From positions 37,507-88,948 of the forward strand of contig JBBIOR010000002.1 in assembly GCA_037443265.1 (NCBI GenBank): 51,442 nt of DNA, written 5' to 3'. Below the pieces are notes generated by a model. It ran no database searches. It was not told the DNA's origin and worked only from the letters and a program-made list of their open reading frames with translations. Below are positions 24,954 through 34,670 of this stretch, one piece after another. Position numbers and translations under genes: made by a program. Source of the DNA: Candidatus Fraserbacteria bacterium. GTDB taxonomy: Bacteria > Bipolaricaulota > Bipolaricaulia > RBG-16-55-9. Within the stretch, counting starts at the first letter, position 1. Each line of letters starts with the position of its first letter.

Positions 24954-27038
24954 TCAGCGCATCGTCTTGATCTTGGCCAGATAGTTCTCCACGGTCAGCA
25001 GCAGGTATTGAATGCCCCCCAGGACGTCCGTATAGGGGAATTGGAGCCGATCTGTAGGATACGCTTCCAGGATGGGGGAGTCGAAGAGGACGACGTAGGG
25101 CAGATCCCGGGCGAGCATGACTTGAAGCTGATTGGCGATCTCATGGGCGCGCGCAAAGTCTGGAGTCTCAATGAACTCTTGCGCCAGTCGATCAAATTCG
25201 GGATTCGAGTAGCCCATGGCGTTCTGTCCGCCGGGGGCGGCGAACTTCGAGTGGAAGAAGTAATAGAGAAAATCTGGGAACGAGGGGTCTCCCAAGCTCC
25301 AGCCGAGGATCCACATATCGAAATCCTGCTCCTCAAAGACGCGGGTGACGATCACGTTGAACCCGGTGAGATTGGCCTTGACGGGGATGCCGACTTGATT
25401 GAGCCAGTCTTCGATGTAGAGGGCGAAGGTAGAGCGGAGCGGGTCATAGCCTGCGCTGGGCGCCAGCAGCTCCAGCTCGGGCACGGGCGTGCCGTCGGGC
25501 ATAATGAGACCCGAGCCAGGGAGGATGGTCTCATCGCGGGTGCCGGGGTTGTCCACACGGGGCTCTCTTTCCCAGCGGAAGCCAGCCTCTTTGAGGAGCC
25601 GGACGGCCTCTTGGATGCGCTCGGCCCGCGTCAAGGGCCTCCCATCGCTCCTTAGGCCCTCTCGGCCGTAGACGGGGACGTCCGGGTTGTGCCAGAGCGC
25701 GTTGGCCGGCGGCACAAAAGAATAGAAGGGCATGGCCACGCCCTGCAGCACGTTCTGAGTCACGAACTCGCGGTCAATGAGCGTGGCCACGGCCTGGCGG
25801 AAGGCGGCCAGGTTCATGGGCGGACGACGGAAGTTGAAGGCCATATAGCGAAAGCCATAGGGCTCATTGGAGATGAATTTGATGTTGGCCACTTGGGTAA
25901 GGCGCTCCTGGAAGCCCTTCTGCAGACCCAGGGGATTGAGGATGAAGTCGATCTCCCCGCGCTGTAGCGCCAGCACCGCCGCATCTTGATTCTGATAGAT
26001 GCTGTAGAGCACCGTTTCCACATACGGCCCCAGGGTGATCTCTAAATCCACATCCCCTTGAGGCTGGCCGTAGCCGCTCCAGCGATAGCCCAGCCTGTCG
26101 TTGGCAATGGAGACCGCTCCATTCGCATAGAGGATCGTCTTCTCACCCCGCAGCGCAAAATGGGGATTGGCCAGGCTCTCCACGAAGGCCCCCTTCTCCC
26201 ACTTGCCGAACATGAAGCTGCCGATGCTAGGCTCCCCTTGGGTGTCTACGCCGTAGAGCGTCTGGACGGCATCGGCTCTGGCTTTGGCCGTCTCAGCCTC
26301 ACGCAGCTTCTCATCGGGGTTCTGGGAGGCCGCGCGGATCTTGTTGTCTCGCTCCTCTAAGATGGGCTTAATCTTAGGCTCCCAGAAGGCCTTGGAGACG
26401 ATGGGAGCATACATCATCCCGAAGTTCCACTGCGAGAGGCCCGGCCTCTTGGTGAGATAGAACTTGAGCGTGTAGGAGTCCACGAGCTCGATCTTGTCCA
26501 GCAGCTCCGGTGGGTTGATGTACGAAGGCCAGTTGCCACCCAGTTCGACGGGCCCAAAAGCTTGAATGGTCTCGAAGCTGAATCTGACGTCTTCAGCGGT
26601 GAGCTCACGCCCATCGCTCCACTTCAAGCCCTTGCGGAGTTTGACCGTGGAGACGTAGAGGGTCCTGCCGTCGACGTTCACTTCCTCGAAGGGAGTAGGT
26701 ACCTCGGCGGCCAGACTTGGGAGCCAATCGAAGCGCTGGTCCCCCGGGGCAAAGAGCGTGGCGTGAAAGACGTCTTGAACGTAAGAATTCCACACAGAGG
26801 ACTGCGGCCCCAAGCGATGCCAGATGTTCATGGTGGTCATGTCGGCAAAGATCCCCACTCGAAGGACGTTGGCCGCGCTCTTCTCTTCCGGTTTGGACGG
26901 AGCTGAAGGCTTCTCCGCTGTGGGTACACCAGGCGGTGCTCCCGGATTGGTGTAAATGAGATAGACGCCCGCCACCAGTACGCCCAAGAGCACTAAGACT
27001 GTCCCAACCACAACTCCCCTTCTCATGCCAGACGCCAC
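24954..27038 (-). CDS. Peptide ABC transporter substrate-binding protein (family 5), N-terminal membrane anchor
   Basis: LRKGLKWSDGRELTAEDVRFS, FRQAVATLIDRE, YSNPEFD; N-terminal hydrophobic helix without a lipobox Cys. Confidence 0.92.
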   Translation of the reverse strand: MASGMRRGVVVGTVLVLLGVLVAGVYLIYTNPGAPPGVPTAEKPSAPSKPEEKSAANVLRVGIFADMTTMNIWHRLGPQSSVWNSYVQDVFHATLFAPGDQRFDWLPSLAAEVPTPFEEVNVDGRTLYVSTVKLRKGLKWSDGRELTAEDVRFSFETIQAFGPVELGGNWPSYINPPELLDKIELVDSYTLKFYLTKRPGLSQWNFGMMYAPIVSKAFWEPKIKPILEERDNKIRAASQNPDEKLREAETAKARADAVQTLYGVDTQGEPSIGSFMFGKWEKGAFVESLANPHFALRGEKTILYANGAVSIANDRLGYRWSGYGQPQGDVDLEITLGPYVETVLYSIYQNQDAAVLALQRGEIDFILNPLGLQKGFQERLTQVANIKFISNEPYGFRYMAFNFRRPPMNLAAFRQAVATLIDREFVTQNVLQGVAMPFYSFVPPANALWHNPDVPVYGREGLRSDGRPLTRAERIQEAVRLLKEAGFRWEREPRVDNPGTRDETILPGSGLIMPDGTPVPELELLAPSAGYDPLRSTFALYIEDWLNQVGIPVKANLTGFNVIVTRVFEEQDFDMWILGWSLGDPSFPDFLYYFFHSKFAAPGGQNAMGYSNPEFDRLAQEFIETPDFARAHEIANQLQVMLARDLPYVVLFDSPILEAYPTDRLQFPYTDVLGGIQYLLLTVENYLAKIKTMR

Positions 27039-27085
27039 CCCCCTTATGTCCTCGCCCTCGATGGGCGGGCCCTTCCAGGCGCTTC

Positions 27086-27114
27086 ATTCTAGGAGGGAGG
27101 GTCACTTCTGTCAA
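27086..27114 (-). promoter_or_regulatory. Promoter of the peptide ABC operon
   Basis: TTGACA-17-TAGAAT. Confidence 0.7.
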
Positions 27115-27147
27115 ATGCCATCGGCAAATCACCGTAATCGACATCGC

Positions 27148-27176
27148 TTTACTGCCGGGGAGCCAGCAGCTATAAT
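27148..27176 (+). promoter_or_regulatory. dnaB promoter
   Basis: TTTACT-17-TATAAT, 6 nt before GTG 27183. Confidence 0.6.
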
Positions 27177-27182
27177 CAAACG

Positions 27183-28604
27183 GTGATCGACGTGTCTGAG
27201 GAAGTCCGATCCCTCCCTAAGAACCGCGAGGCGGAGCAAGTCGTCTTAGGCTGCGCCATAGTGGAGCCGGAGACGGTCCTGCCCGTGCTCATGGAGAAGC
27301 TTCAGCCGGAGCATTTCTACTTCCGCGCCCATAGAATCATCTACCAGACGCTTTTGGAGCTCTATGAGCACCAAGAGCCCATAGATTTAATCACCGTGGG
27401 CAATCGCCTGGAAGAGCGGAATCAAATCGCCGAGGCCGGAGGCCGAAGCTACCTAAGTGAGCTCATCTCTTCGGTGACCACGACGACCTCCGTGGGCTAT
27501 TACGCAGAGATTGTGGTAAAGAAGGCGCTCTTGCGCGCGCTGGCTCAAGTCGGAGCGGAGATCGCGGAGTTGGGCTACCGGGAGGATCAGGAGCTAGAAG
27601 CGCTCCTCGATCTGGCCGAAGAAAAAGTCTTTCGGATCTCGCGTCAGAGTCTCAAAGAGAGCTACCGCTCTATTGGCGAGATCCTCCATGGGCATCTGGA
27701 TCTATTGGAAAAGCTGCAAGATCCGCGACGGGGCAGTGTGACAGGGCTTTCGACAGGCTTTCGGGAGCTCGACAAGCGCACGGCCGGACTTCACCCTTCG
27801 GACTTGATCCTTGTGGCTGGACGCCCGGCGATGGGCAAAAGCTCTTTTGCCCTCTCGATTGCGCGCAACGTCGCGCTCCACGAGGGCAAGTCTGTAGGGA
27901 TCTTCAGCCTGGAGATGACCAAGGAGCAAGTCATTGAAAGATTATTATGTGCGGAGGCGCAGATCAATCTCTTGAGACTGAGAGGGGGCTATCTGGGCAC
28001 CGACAGCGAGGCGTGGCGGAGGATTCTGCACGCGGCCAATCGCTTGCAGAAGGCCTCCATCTTGATCGATGACACCCCGGCCATCTCCGTGATGGAGCTT
28101 AAAGCCAAAGCCCGGCGGATGAAGGCCGAGCACGGGCTGGATCTTCTGATAGTAGACTATTTGCAGCTGGTGGAGGGCGGGGCCAAGGTGGAAGTACGAG
28201 AGCAAGAGATTTCTTATATCGCCCGTTCTCTTAAGGGTCTGGCCCGCGAGTTGAATCTTCCCATCATTGCCTGCTCGCAGCTTTCGCGCGCCGTGGAGAG
28301 AAGAGACTCCAAGCGGCCTAGGCTCTCGGATCTGCGTGAGAGCGGCGAGCTGGAACAGACGGCTGATGTGGTGCTCTTCCTCTATCGCAAGGACTACTAC
28401 GAGGATGAGAGCCAGCACGAGGAGGAAGAGGCCTCTCTAGAAGGGGACAAGCGTGAGCCGGCGGTGAGCGAGACTGAAATTATTATTGGCAAGCAGCGCA
28501 ACGGCCCGACGGATTCCATTACTCTCATGTTCCACAAAGTCTACGCCAGCTTCCATGAGCTGCACCCCTTTGAGACCGTAGGCGAGAGCCACCCTCCATT
28601 CTAA
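27183..28604 (+). CDS. dnaB: Replicative DNA helicase
   Basis: AGRPAMGKS, FSLEM, VDYLQL, SQLSRAVE, LSDLRESG, KQRNGPT. Confidence 0.97.
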   Translation: MIDVSEEVRSLPKNREAEQVVLGCAIVEPETVLPVLMEKLQPEHFYFRAHRIIYQTLLELYEHQEPIDLITVGNRLEERNQIAEAGGRSYLSELISSVTTTTSVGYYAEIVVKKALLRALAQVGAEIAELGYREDQELEALLDLAEEKVFRISRQSLKESYRSIGEILHGHLDLLEKLQDPRRGSVTGLSTGFRELDKRTAGLHPSDLILVAGRPAMGKSSFALSIARNVALHEGKSVGIFSLEMTKEQVIERLLCAEAQINLLRLRGGYLGTDSEAWRRILHAANRLQKASILIDDTPAISVMELKAKARRMKAEHGLDLLIVDYLQLVEGGAKVEVREQEISYIARSLKGLARELNLPIIACSQLSRAVERRDSKRPRLSDLRESGELEQTADVVLFLYRKDYYEDESQHEEEEASLEGDKREPAVSETEIIIGKQRNGPTDSITLMFHKVYASFHELHPFETVGESHPPF

Positions 28605-28658
28605 GTCTGCCCAAACTTCTAAGTGCTACGTTCTTTTTTGGAGCGCAAACGTAGAACT

Positions 28659-28687
28659 TTGCCCTATGGGGGCTTTCCGGCTATAAT
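28659..28687 (+). promoter_or_regulatory. Promoter of the Liv-type ABC operon
   Basis: TTGCCC-17-TATAAT, preceded by an inverted repeat at 28621-28659. Confidence 0.6.
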
Positions 28688-28761
28688 CCCCAGCAACGAC
28701 GACTCATGTGAGCCGGCTTACAGAAAAACCGTCATCATTTTGACTAAATTGGGCGGACCAT

Positions 28762-29601
28762 ATGGGGCAGATGCAAACACAGGTAGAGACCGAGACGATC
28801 TCTCGGGACCAGCAGCAAGGTCCGGTGCTCTTGAGCGTTCACAACCTGGTGAAAGATTTCGGGGGCTTGCGGGCGGTGGATCGCTGCTCGCTGGACGTGC
28901 GCAAGGGCACGATCACCGGCCTGATCGGGCCCAACGGCGCCGGCAAGACCACGCTTTTTAATCTCATCACGGGCTTCTACAAACCCGATGCGGGCCAGGT
29001 GATCTTCAAAGGCGAAGACATCACGGGGCTTCCGCCGCACAAGATCTTCCATAAGAGGCTCTGCCGCACGTTTCAAATCCCACGTGAGTTTAAAGAGATG
29101 ACCGTCTTAGAGAATCTGATGCTTGTCCCGGCCGGCCAGAAGGGCGAGAGGATCTTCTATCCGTGGTTTCGTCCCGGCGTGGTGCGCCAGCAGGAGCGCG
29201 AGATCTACGAAAAAGCCCTTGAAATTTTGGAGTTCGTCAATCTCATCCCTCTCAAAGACGAGTACGCGAAGAATCTCTCCGGGGGACAGAAGAAGCTTCT
29301 CGAGCTGGCCCGCGCCATGATGTCCGACCCCGAGATGATCCTGCTAGATGAGCCGGGCGCAGGCGTAAACCCCACCCTGATGAAACATTTGGTGGGCTAC
29401 ATTGAAAATCTCTGTTACGAGCGCGGCGTGACGTTTCTGCTCATCGAACACGATATGGATCTAGTGATGAATCTGTGCAATCCTGTGATTGTGATGAGCG
29501 AAGGCAAAAAACTCATGGAGGGTACGCCCCAAGAGGTGCGTTCTGATAAGCGCGTCCTGGACGCGTACCTCGGAGGACAATATGTCGCTACTGAAGGTTG
29601 A
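28762..29601 (+). CDS. Branched-chain amino acid-type ABC ATPase (LivG-like)
   Basis: GPNGAGKTT, RTFQ, LSGGQKKLLELAR, DEPGAGVNP, EHDM, AYLG. Confidence 0.92.
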   Translation: MGQMQTQVETETISRDQQQGPVLLSVHNLVKDFGGLRAVDRCSLDVRKGTITGLIGPNGAGKTTLFNLITGFYKPDAGQVIFKGEDITGLPPHKIFHKRLCRTFQIPREFKEMTVLENLMLVPAGQKGERIFYPWFRPGVVRQQEREIYEKALEILEFVNLIPLKDEYAKNLSGGQKKLLELARAMMSDPEMILLDEPGAGVNPTLMKHLVGYIENLCYERGVTFLLIEHDMDLVMNLCNPVIVMSEGKKLMEGTPQEVRSDKRVLDAYLGGQYVATEG

Positions 29602-30286
29602 GAACGTGACGGCAGGTTACGGGGAGACGATGATCTTAAATGACGTCTCCATTCGTCTGGAGGAAGGGGAGATCGTCGCGCTCATCGGGCCCAATGGGGC
29701 GGGCAAATCGACTCTCATGAAGACGATCTTTGGGCTGCTTTGCCCCCGCTCTGGCAGGATCGCTTTGGATGGGAAGGAGATCACGGGTTGGCCACCCGAT
29801 CAGATCGTACGTCTGGGGATCTGCTACGTGCCTCAGACCGAGAACGTCTTCCCCAGCCTGACCGTGCGCGAAAATCTTGAGATGGGAGCCTACATTCGCC
29901 AGGACGACCTCAGCTTCCGCATCGAGGAGATCTTTCAAATTTTCCCCGATCTTAAGGCCTTTCAGCACAAGAAAGCCGCCACCCTAAGCGGTGGCCAGCA
30001 CCAGATGCTGGCCATGAGTCGGGCGCTCATGCTCGACCCAAAAGTCTTGTTGCTCGATGAGCCTTCGGCCGGTCTAGCTCCAAAGCTGGTGGAGCTGATC
30101 TTCGAGAAGATCATCCACATCAACCAGACGGGCGTGTCGATTCTCATGGTAGAGCAGAACGCCAAGCACGCCCTGAAATTATCGGACCGCGGGTATGTCT
30201 TGGCCACCGGGCGCAACCGCTTTGAAGGATCTGGCAACGATCTCTTGAATGACCCCGAGGTCGCGCGGCTCTATCTGGGAGGCTGA
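29582..30286 (+). CDS. Branched-chain amino acid-type ABC ATPase (LivF-like)
   Basis: GPNGAGKST, LSGGQ, DEPSAGLAP, VEQNA. Confidence 0.92.
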   Translation: MSLLKVENVTAGYGETMILNDVSIRLEEGEIVALIGPNGAGKSTLMKTIFGLLCPRSGRIALDGKEITGWPPDQIVRLGICYVPQTENVFPSLTVRENLEMGAYIRQDDLSFRIEEIFQIFPDLKAFQHKKAATLSGGQHQMLAMSRALMLDPKVLLLDEPSAGLAPKLVELIFEKIIHINQTGVSILMVEQNAKHALKLSDRGYVLATGRNRFEGSGNDLLNDPEVARLYLGG

Positions 30287-30292
30287 GCGTCT

Positions 30293-31324
30293 TTGCCGTC
30301 GCGCGATCCGGTCAAGTGGGCCATCTGGGGGCTGATCTTTCTGGGCCTGGCTTGGGTGGTGGTGCTTGTCCCTAACGGGCCCCAGTATGTCATAAATGGC
30401 ATTCGCTTCGGCAGCCTCCTGATGCTGGGGGCCATTGGGCTTTCACTCACATATAAGATCCTCAATTTCGCGAATTTCTCGCATGGGGATATTCTCATCT
30501 TCGGAGCCTATGTGGCGTTGACGGTCGACTGGCTGCTCGTGGAGCTCATCCCCCGCTGGTCCCCAGGGCTGGCGGAGGTGGCCGATGGAGAAGTGATGCG
30601 CTGGCTGGCCATATTTGCCGCGATGCTCGCGGGCATCTTCGCGGCCGTGATCATGGCCTATCTGATAGATCGCCTCATCTATCGCCGGATGCGCCGCAGC
30701 GCCGCGGTCGTGTTGATCATCGCCTCATTTGGGATGGCACTCTTTTTGCGCAGTCTCGTGCAGGCCCTCTGGGGCACCGGCAATCGCGCCTATGCCGTCC
30801 GCATCAGCCTGCCGTATACGTTTGATTTTGGGCTCTTCCAAATCAAGATGAATCTGCTGCAGATTGTGACTATTGTCGTGGCTTTGGTGCTGGTCACGCT
30901 CTTGCACTTCTTTTTGAAGTACACCAAGACGGGCAAGGCGATGCGAGCCATGGCGGACAACATGGACCTGGCACGCATAAGTGGCATCAACACCGAGCGG
31001 ATGATCGCTTGGACGTGGGCCATTGGGGCTGGGCTGGCGGTAGTGGCCGGAGTGTTCATGGGGCTGAACTTTGGGGCCATCAGCCCCAATCTGGGAGCTC
31101 TTGTGCTGCTGTCGCTCTTTGCGGCCGTGATTTTGGGCGGCATCGGCAGCCCTTATGGGGCCATGCTGGGAGGCTTAATGATTGGGCTGGCGCAAAACAT
31201 TCTCGTCGGTCCGGCCACGGGGATCGCCACGCATTATCAGCCGGCTGTGGCCTTCATCCTGATGATTTTAATGCTGCTCTTCCGCCCGCAGGGGCTGTTG
31301 GGCGAAGCGGAGAGGCGAAGCTAA
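30293..31324 (+). CDS. Branched-chain amino acid-type ABC permease (LivH-like)
   Basis: NFANFSHGD, GKAMRAMADN, AAVILGGIGS, RPQGLLG. Confidence 0.9.
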   Translation: MPSRDPVKWAIWGLIFLGLAWVVVLVPNGPQYVINGIRFGSLLMLGAIGLSLTYKILNFANFSHGDILIFGAYVALTVDWLLVELIPRWSPGLAEVADGEVMRWLAIFAAMLAGIFAAVIMAYLIDRLIYRRMRRSAAVVLIIASFGMALFLRSLVQALWGTGNRAYAVRISLPYTFDFGLFQIKMNLLQIVTIVVALVLVTLLHFFLKYTKTGKAMRAMADNMDLARISGINTERMIAWTWAIGAGLAVVAGVFMGLNFGAISPNLGALVLLSLFAAVILGGIGSPYGAMLGGLMIGLAQNILVGPATGIATHYQPAVAFILMILMLLFRPQGLLGEAERRS

Positions 31325-32563
31325 ATGGTCCAAATTCTAGCTCTAGGCTTGATGATCACCACGGTGGTGGGCTTGACACTGCTCTTGACACGACGCAGCT
31401 TCTTCACCGGCTGGGGCGTGATCCTTGGTCTATTCGTGGTTTGGTCAGGCCTACTCATCCTCTCGGATCGCGTCGGGATCGAGCCTTCACGGATGATCTC
31501 TTACATGGTGACTTTCCTTATCCTCGCCGGTCTTTATGCGCTACTTACCCTAGGGCTCAACGTGCAATGGGGCTATACGGGGTTGTTTAACATTGGGGTG
31601 GCTGGCTTCTTCGGGGTGGGGGCGTATGTCTCCACCATCCTCGTGCAGGACCCCCAGAAGTTGGCCGTAAACCCAGGCCTAGCCGGCTTCTTCGGACACT
31701 ATTTCAATCAGCCGTTTCTGGTGGGGCTGTTGGGGGCGATGGCCACGGCAGCCCTGCTGGCGATCCTCGTCGGCTTTGCCACTCTGAGATTGCGCATTGA
31801 CTATCTAGCCATTGCCACGATTGGCATCTCGGAAATCTTAAAGATCATAGTCACCAACGAACGCACCCTCACAGAAGGCACCCGTGGCATCCCCAATATC
31901 CCACAGCCGCTCTATGACTGCCTGGTGCAGCAGATCATTCCGAAGCCTCCTTGCCAACTCCCGCTTTTGGGATGGGAAATCCCCCCCTTCTTGAACCCGC
32001 CTCAATACAACTGGTTTTATATCTTGCTGGTGCTGGGACTATTGGCGCTGGGCTATTGGGCCCTGGAGCGGATCTCTCGTTCGCCGTGGGGAAGGGCGCT
32101 GCGGGCCATCCGTGAAGATGAAGACGCGGCCAATTCTTTGGGCAAGAACGTCTTCCGCTTCAAGATGCAATCGCTGATCGTGGGGGCAGTGATCATGGGT
32201 GCCGCGGGGAGCCTGTGGGCCCACTTCGTAAAATTTGTCGATCCGCAGATCTTCGATCCCGTCTCTGGGACTTTTTTGGTGTGGGTGATGCTGATCGTGG
32301 GGGGCACGGGCAACAACCGCGGGGCCATCTTGGGGGCCTTTATCCTGTGGAGCCTTTGGAGTGCCACCAACTTCCTGAACGACGTGCTCCCGCCGACGCT
32401 GGATACGCCCTTGGGGAAACTCAATGTGGCCGCGCAGCTCTTTGGGCCCGTAAGGGTGATCGCGATTGTCATCGTTCTGGAGCTCATTCTGCTGCTGCGT
32501 CCCAGGGGCATATTGGGGGAGGAAAGACAGACTTCCCTCCTCTTTAAAAGACCGGCCGATTAG
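31325..32563 (+). CDS. Branched-chain amino acid-type ABC permease (LivM-like)
   Basis: GLNVQWGYTGLFN, DYLAIAT, GRALRAIREDE, GGTGNNRG. Confidence 0.9.
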   Translation: MVQILALGLMITTVVGLTLLLTRRSFFTGWGVILGLFVVWSGLLILSDRVGIEPSRMISYMVTFLILAGLYALLTLGLNVQWGYTGLFNIGVAGFFGVGAYVSTILVQDPQKLAVNPGLAGFFGHYFNQPFLVGLLGAMATAALLAILVGFATLRLRIDYLAIATIGISEILKIIVTNERTLTEGTRGIPNIPQPLYDCLVQQIIPKPPCQLPLLGWEIPPFLNPPQYNWFYILLVLGLLALGYWALERISRSPWGRALRAIREDEDAANSLGKNVFRFKMQSLIVGAVIMGAAGSLWAHFVKFVDPQIFDPVSGTFLVWVMLIVGGTGNNRGAILGAFILWSLWSATNFLNDVLPPTLDTPLGKLNVAAQLFGPVRVIAIVIVLELILLLRPRGILGEERQTSLLFKRPAD

Positions 32564-32566
32564 GAA

Positions 32567-32600
32567 AAGCATGAGAGAGGAGGATTCCTCTCTCATGCTT
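32567..32600. terminator. Hairpin terminator between the convergent Liv genes
   Basis: Perfect 15-bp stem AAGCATGAGAGAGGA-GGAT-TCCTCTCTCATGCTT; the upstream A-run gives a U-tract on the minus strand. Confidence 0.8.
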
Positions 32601-32626
32601 CGTCGTCCGGCTTGGCTCTGGACTTC

Positions 32627-33958
32627 TTACGGCAGCTGGCTAGGAACTGCGTCACAGGTAGGCCCAGCCTGGCAATTTACTGTTCCGACGTCAACGATCT
32701 GGCCACCTGTAATGGTCCAGATGCCGATGGGACCCACAGGTTCACCGGCAGCATCGAGATCCACCGAGCCCGAGGCTCCCTCATAATTGACGGCGTCTTC
32801 CCTGGCCGCGGCAGCTGACAACGCGGCACCCAACTGGCCTACTGTGAAGACCCCTCCGGGCGGGTTGGCCACCTTTCGCAAGTTGTCCCGAATGGCCGGT
32901 CCGCTGTATTCTCCCGCTGCTTGAATGGCCAAGGCTAGCAGGGCGATGGCGTCAAACGAGTGCGGCGTGAATACAAATGGGTCCTCGCCTTGTCGCCGCC
33001 GATACTCCGCGTCGAAGGCCCCCCCACCAGGACCCGGCTGCAGCGCTGGGGCCGTACCGACCTTACCCTCTAGTATGTCTTTCCCAATTGCCGCAGCTAT
33101 ACGGTTGATAAGGTCTTGATTCTTATTGCCGTCTACCAGCAGGTCAAAGTTGGTGATTCCTGCTTGGACCATCTGCGTGATGAGTTGCTCGCCTTCATCA
33201 AAGGTGATCAACGAGATGGCCTCCGGGTTGCCCGCGGTGGCCGCTGAGATCTGCGCCGAGAAGTTCGTGGTATCGGTCGGGTATAGTTCCAATGCGGTGA
33301 CTGTGCCGCCCCTGGCCTCAAAGTTCTTCTTGAGCGCCTCAGCCAGACCGGCACCATAGGCATCGTTGCGCGCAATGATCGCGATCTTTTTGTATGGTTT
33401 CTTTTGAATCGTCTTTCCATCGATCGTGATCGCGACTTCTTTCGCAGCTAGATCGGCCAGAACGAGCCCCTGCAGCGTGTCCGGTGGGGCCGTCCGGAAG
33501 ACAAAGTCATTGTCTTGCAAGTTGGTGATGGCTGGCGAGGTGGACGAAGGCGAGATCAAGACCACCTGAGCGGGGACGGTGACGCTAGAGATCGGGATGG
33601 TGACCCCGCTGGCCGCCGCACCCAGGATGGCTTGAACCCCTAGAGCGACCAGGTCGTTGGCCGCCTGCACGCCTTGGGTGGGGTTCGTGCCGTCATCACG
33701 CACGACCAGCTCCACGCGCCGACCCAGCACACCTCCGGCCGCGTTGACCTCATCCAGGGCCATCTGGGCTGCCACTTGGAAGCGCGGGCCGAAGCTAGCC
33801 AGTGTTCCGGTCAGCGGTAGGATGGCTCCTATCTTGATCGGCCCTTGCGCGAACACCCCTAAGCGCGAGATCGCCAGTGTCCCGGCCGCTACACCCACGC
33901 CCTTAAGAAACGTCCGTCGGGTAAGGCGCTTGTTACTCTCTAACAAATTTTTGGACAT
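32627..33958 (-). CDS. Liv-type ABC substrate-binding protein with a Tat signal
   Basis: TRRTFLK twin-arginine motif; IKIGAILPLTG, ISPSSTSPAIT, FRTAPPD, YEGASG. Confidence 0.9.
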   Translation of the reverse strand: MSKNLLESNKRLTRRTFLKGVGVAAGTLAISRLGVFAQGPIKIGAILPLTGTLASFGPRFQVAAQMALDEVNAAGGVLGRRVELVVRDDGTNPTQGVQAANDLVALGVQAILGAAASGVTIPISSVTVPAQVVLISPSSTSPAITNLQDNDFVFRTAPPDTLQGLVLADLAAKEVAITIDGKTIQKKPYKKIAIIARNDAYGAGLAEALKKNFEARGGTVTALELYPTDTTNFSAQISAATAGNPEAISLITFDEGEQLITQMVQAGITNFDLLVDGNKNQDLINRIAAAIGKDILEGKVGTAPALQPGPGGGAFDAEYRRRQGEDPFVFTPHSFDAIALLALAIQAAGEYSGPAIRDNLRKVANPPGGVFTVGQLGAALSAAAAREDAVNYEGASGSVDLDAAGEPVGPIGIWTITGGQIVDVGTVNCQAGPTCDAVPSQLP

Positions 33959-34108
33959 CTCCTTCCCTCCTTCTTGCTGGTTTGTTGCAATGGGCCTACC
34001 AAAGTGATTTTACTGCGGATCCCCTGTGTTTTTATATGCTGAGGGCTTCCCACCCCCTTCTGGCTCTGGCATATCAGTCCCCTTGACTCACATCACCAGC
34101 AAATTTGA

Positions 34109-34137
34109 TTTATATCATATCACTTGCGATTTGTCAA
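34109..34137 (-). promoter_or_regulatory. Promoter of the Liv SBP gene, giving a ~145-nt leader
   Basis: TTGACA-17-TATAAA with extended TG. Confidence 0.6.
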
Positions 34138-34213
34138 GTCTATAATCCAGTAGAATACGGATCTGTTCCTCATAAGATCCCAATTCTGACAGCGCCATGG
34201 GCATGAGGCATGC

Positions 34214-34243
34214 TTGCACTGCTTTCAGAGCCAAGCCTATAAT
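34214..34243 (+). promoter_or_regulatory. gcvH operon promoter
   Basis: TTGCAC-18-TATAAT. Confidence 0.55.
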
Positions 34244-34274
34244 CAACACAGATCCCAAGGCGGAGGGAGCATCC

Positions 34275-34670
34275 ATGCCATACCCCAAAGAGTTGAAGTA
34301 CACCAAAGAGCACGAATGGCTCAGAGTCGAGGACGGCCAGGCCCGAATGGGCATCACGGATTACGCCCAGAAGCAGCTGGGTGACGTCGTGTACGTCGAG
34401 CTCCCAAAAGTTGGCCGGGAAGTCAAGCAGTTCGAGGCCTTCATCACCGTCGAGAGCGTCAAGGCTGCCAGCGATGTGTACGCTCCCGTCAGTGGAAGAG
34501 TCCTAGAAGTCAATGCGGAGTTGAAAGATCACCCGGAACTCATCAATCAATCCCCCTACGAGAAGGGCTGGATGGCCCTCCTTAAGATGAGTCATCCCAA
34601 CGAAATAAGAAATCTGCTGAGCGCCGAGGAGTACGAGCAACACGTAGGCGAACTTAAAGAATCCACATGA
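34275..34670 (+). CDS. gcvH: Glycine cleavage system H protein
   Basis: YTKEHEW, GITDYAQKQLGDVVYV, VESVKAASD (lipoyl-Lys); SD GGAGG. Confidence 0.97.
   Translation: MPYPKELKYTKEHEWLRVEDGQARMGITDYAQKQLGDVVYVELPKVGREVKQFEAFITVESVKAASDVYAPVSGRVLEVNAELKDHPELINQSPYEKGWMALLKMSHPNEIRNLLSAEEYEQHVGELKEST

Noticed and set aside
27183..28604. Inteins in dnaB (or polA)
   Set aside because: Lengths are normal and motifs contiguous; dnaB has only a short acidic insert
34141..34274. Glycine riboswitch upstream of gcvH
   Set aside because: No GGAGA...CCGAAG...CUCUCAGG aptamer pattern, and a promoter lies about 30 nt from the start
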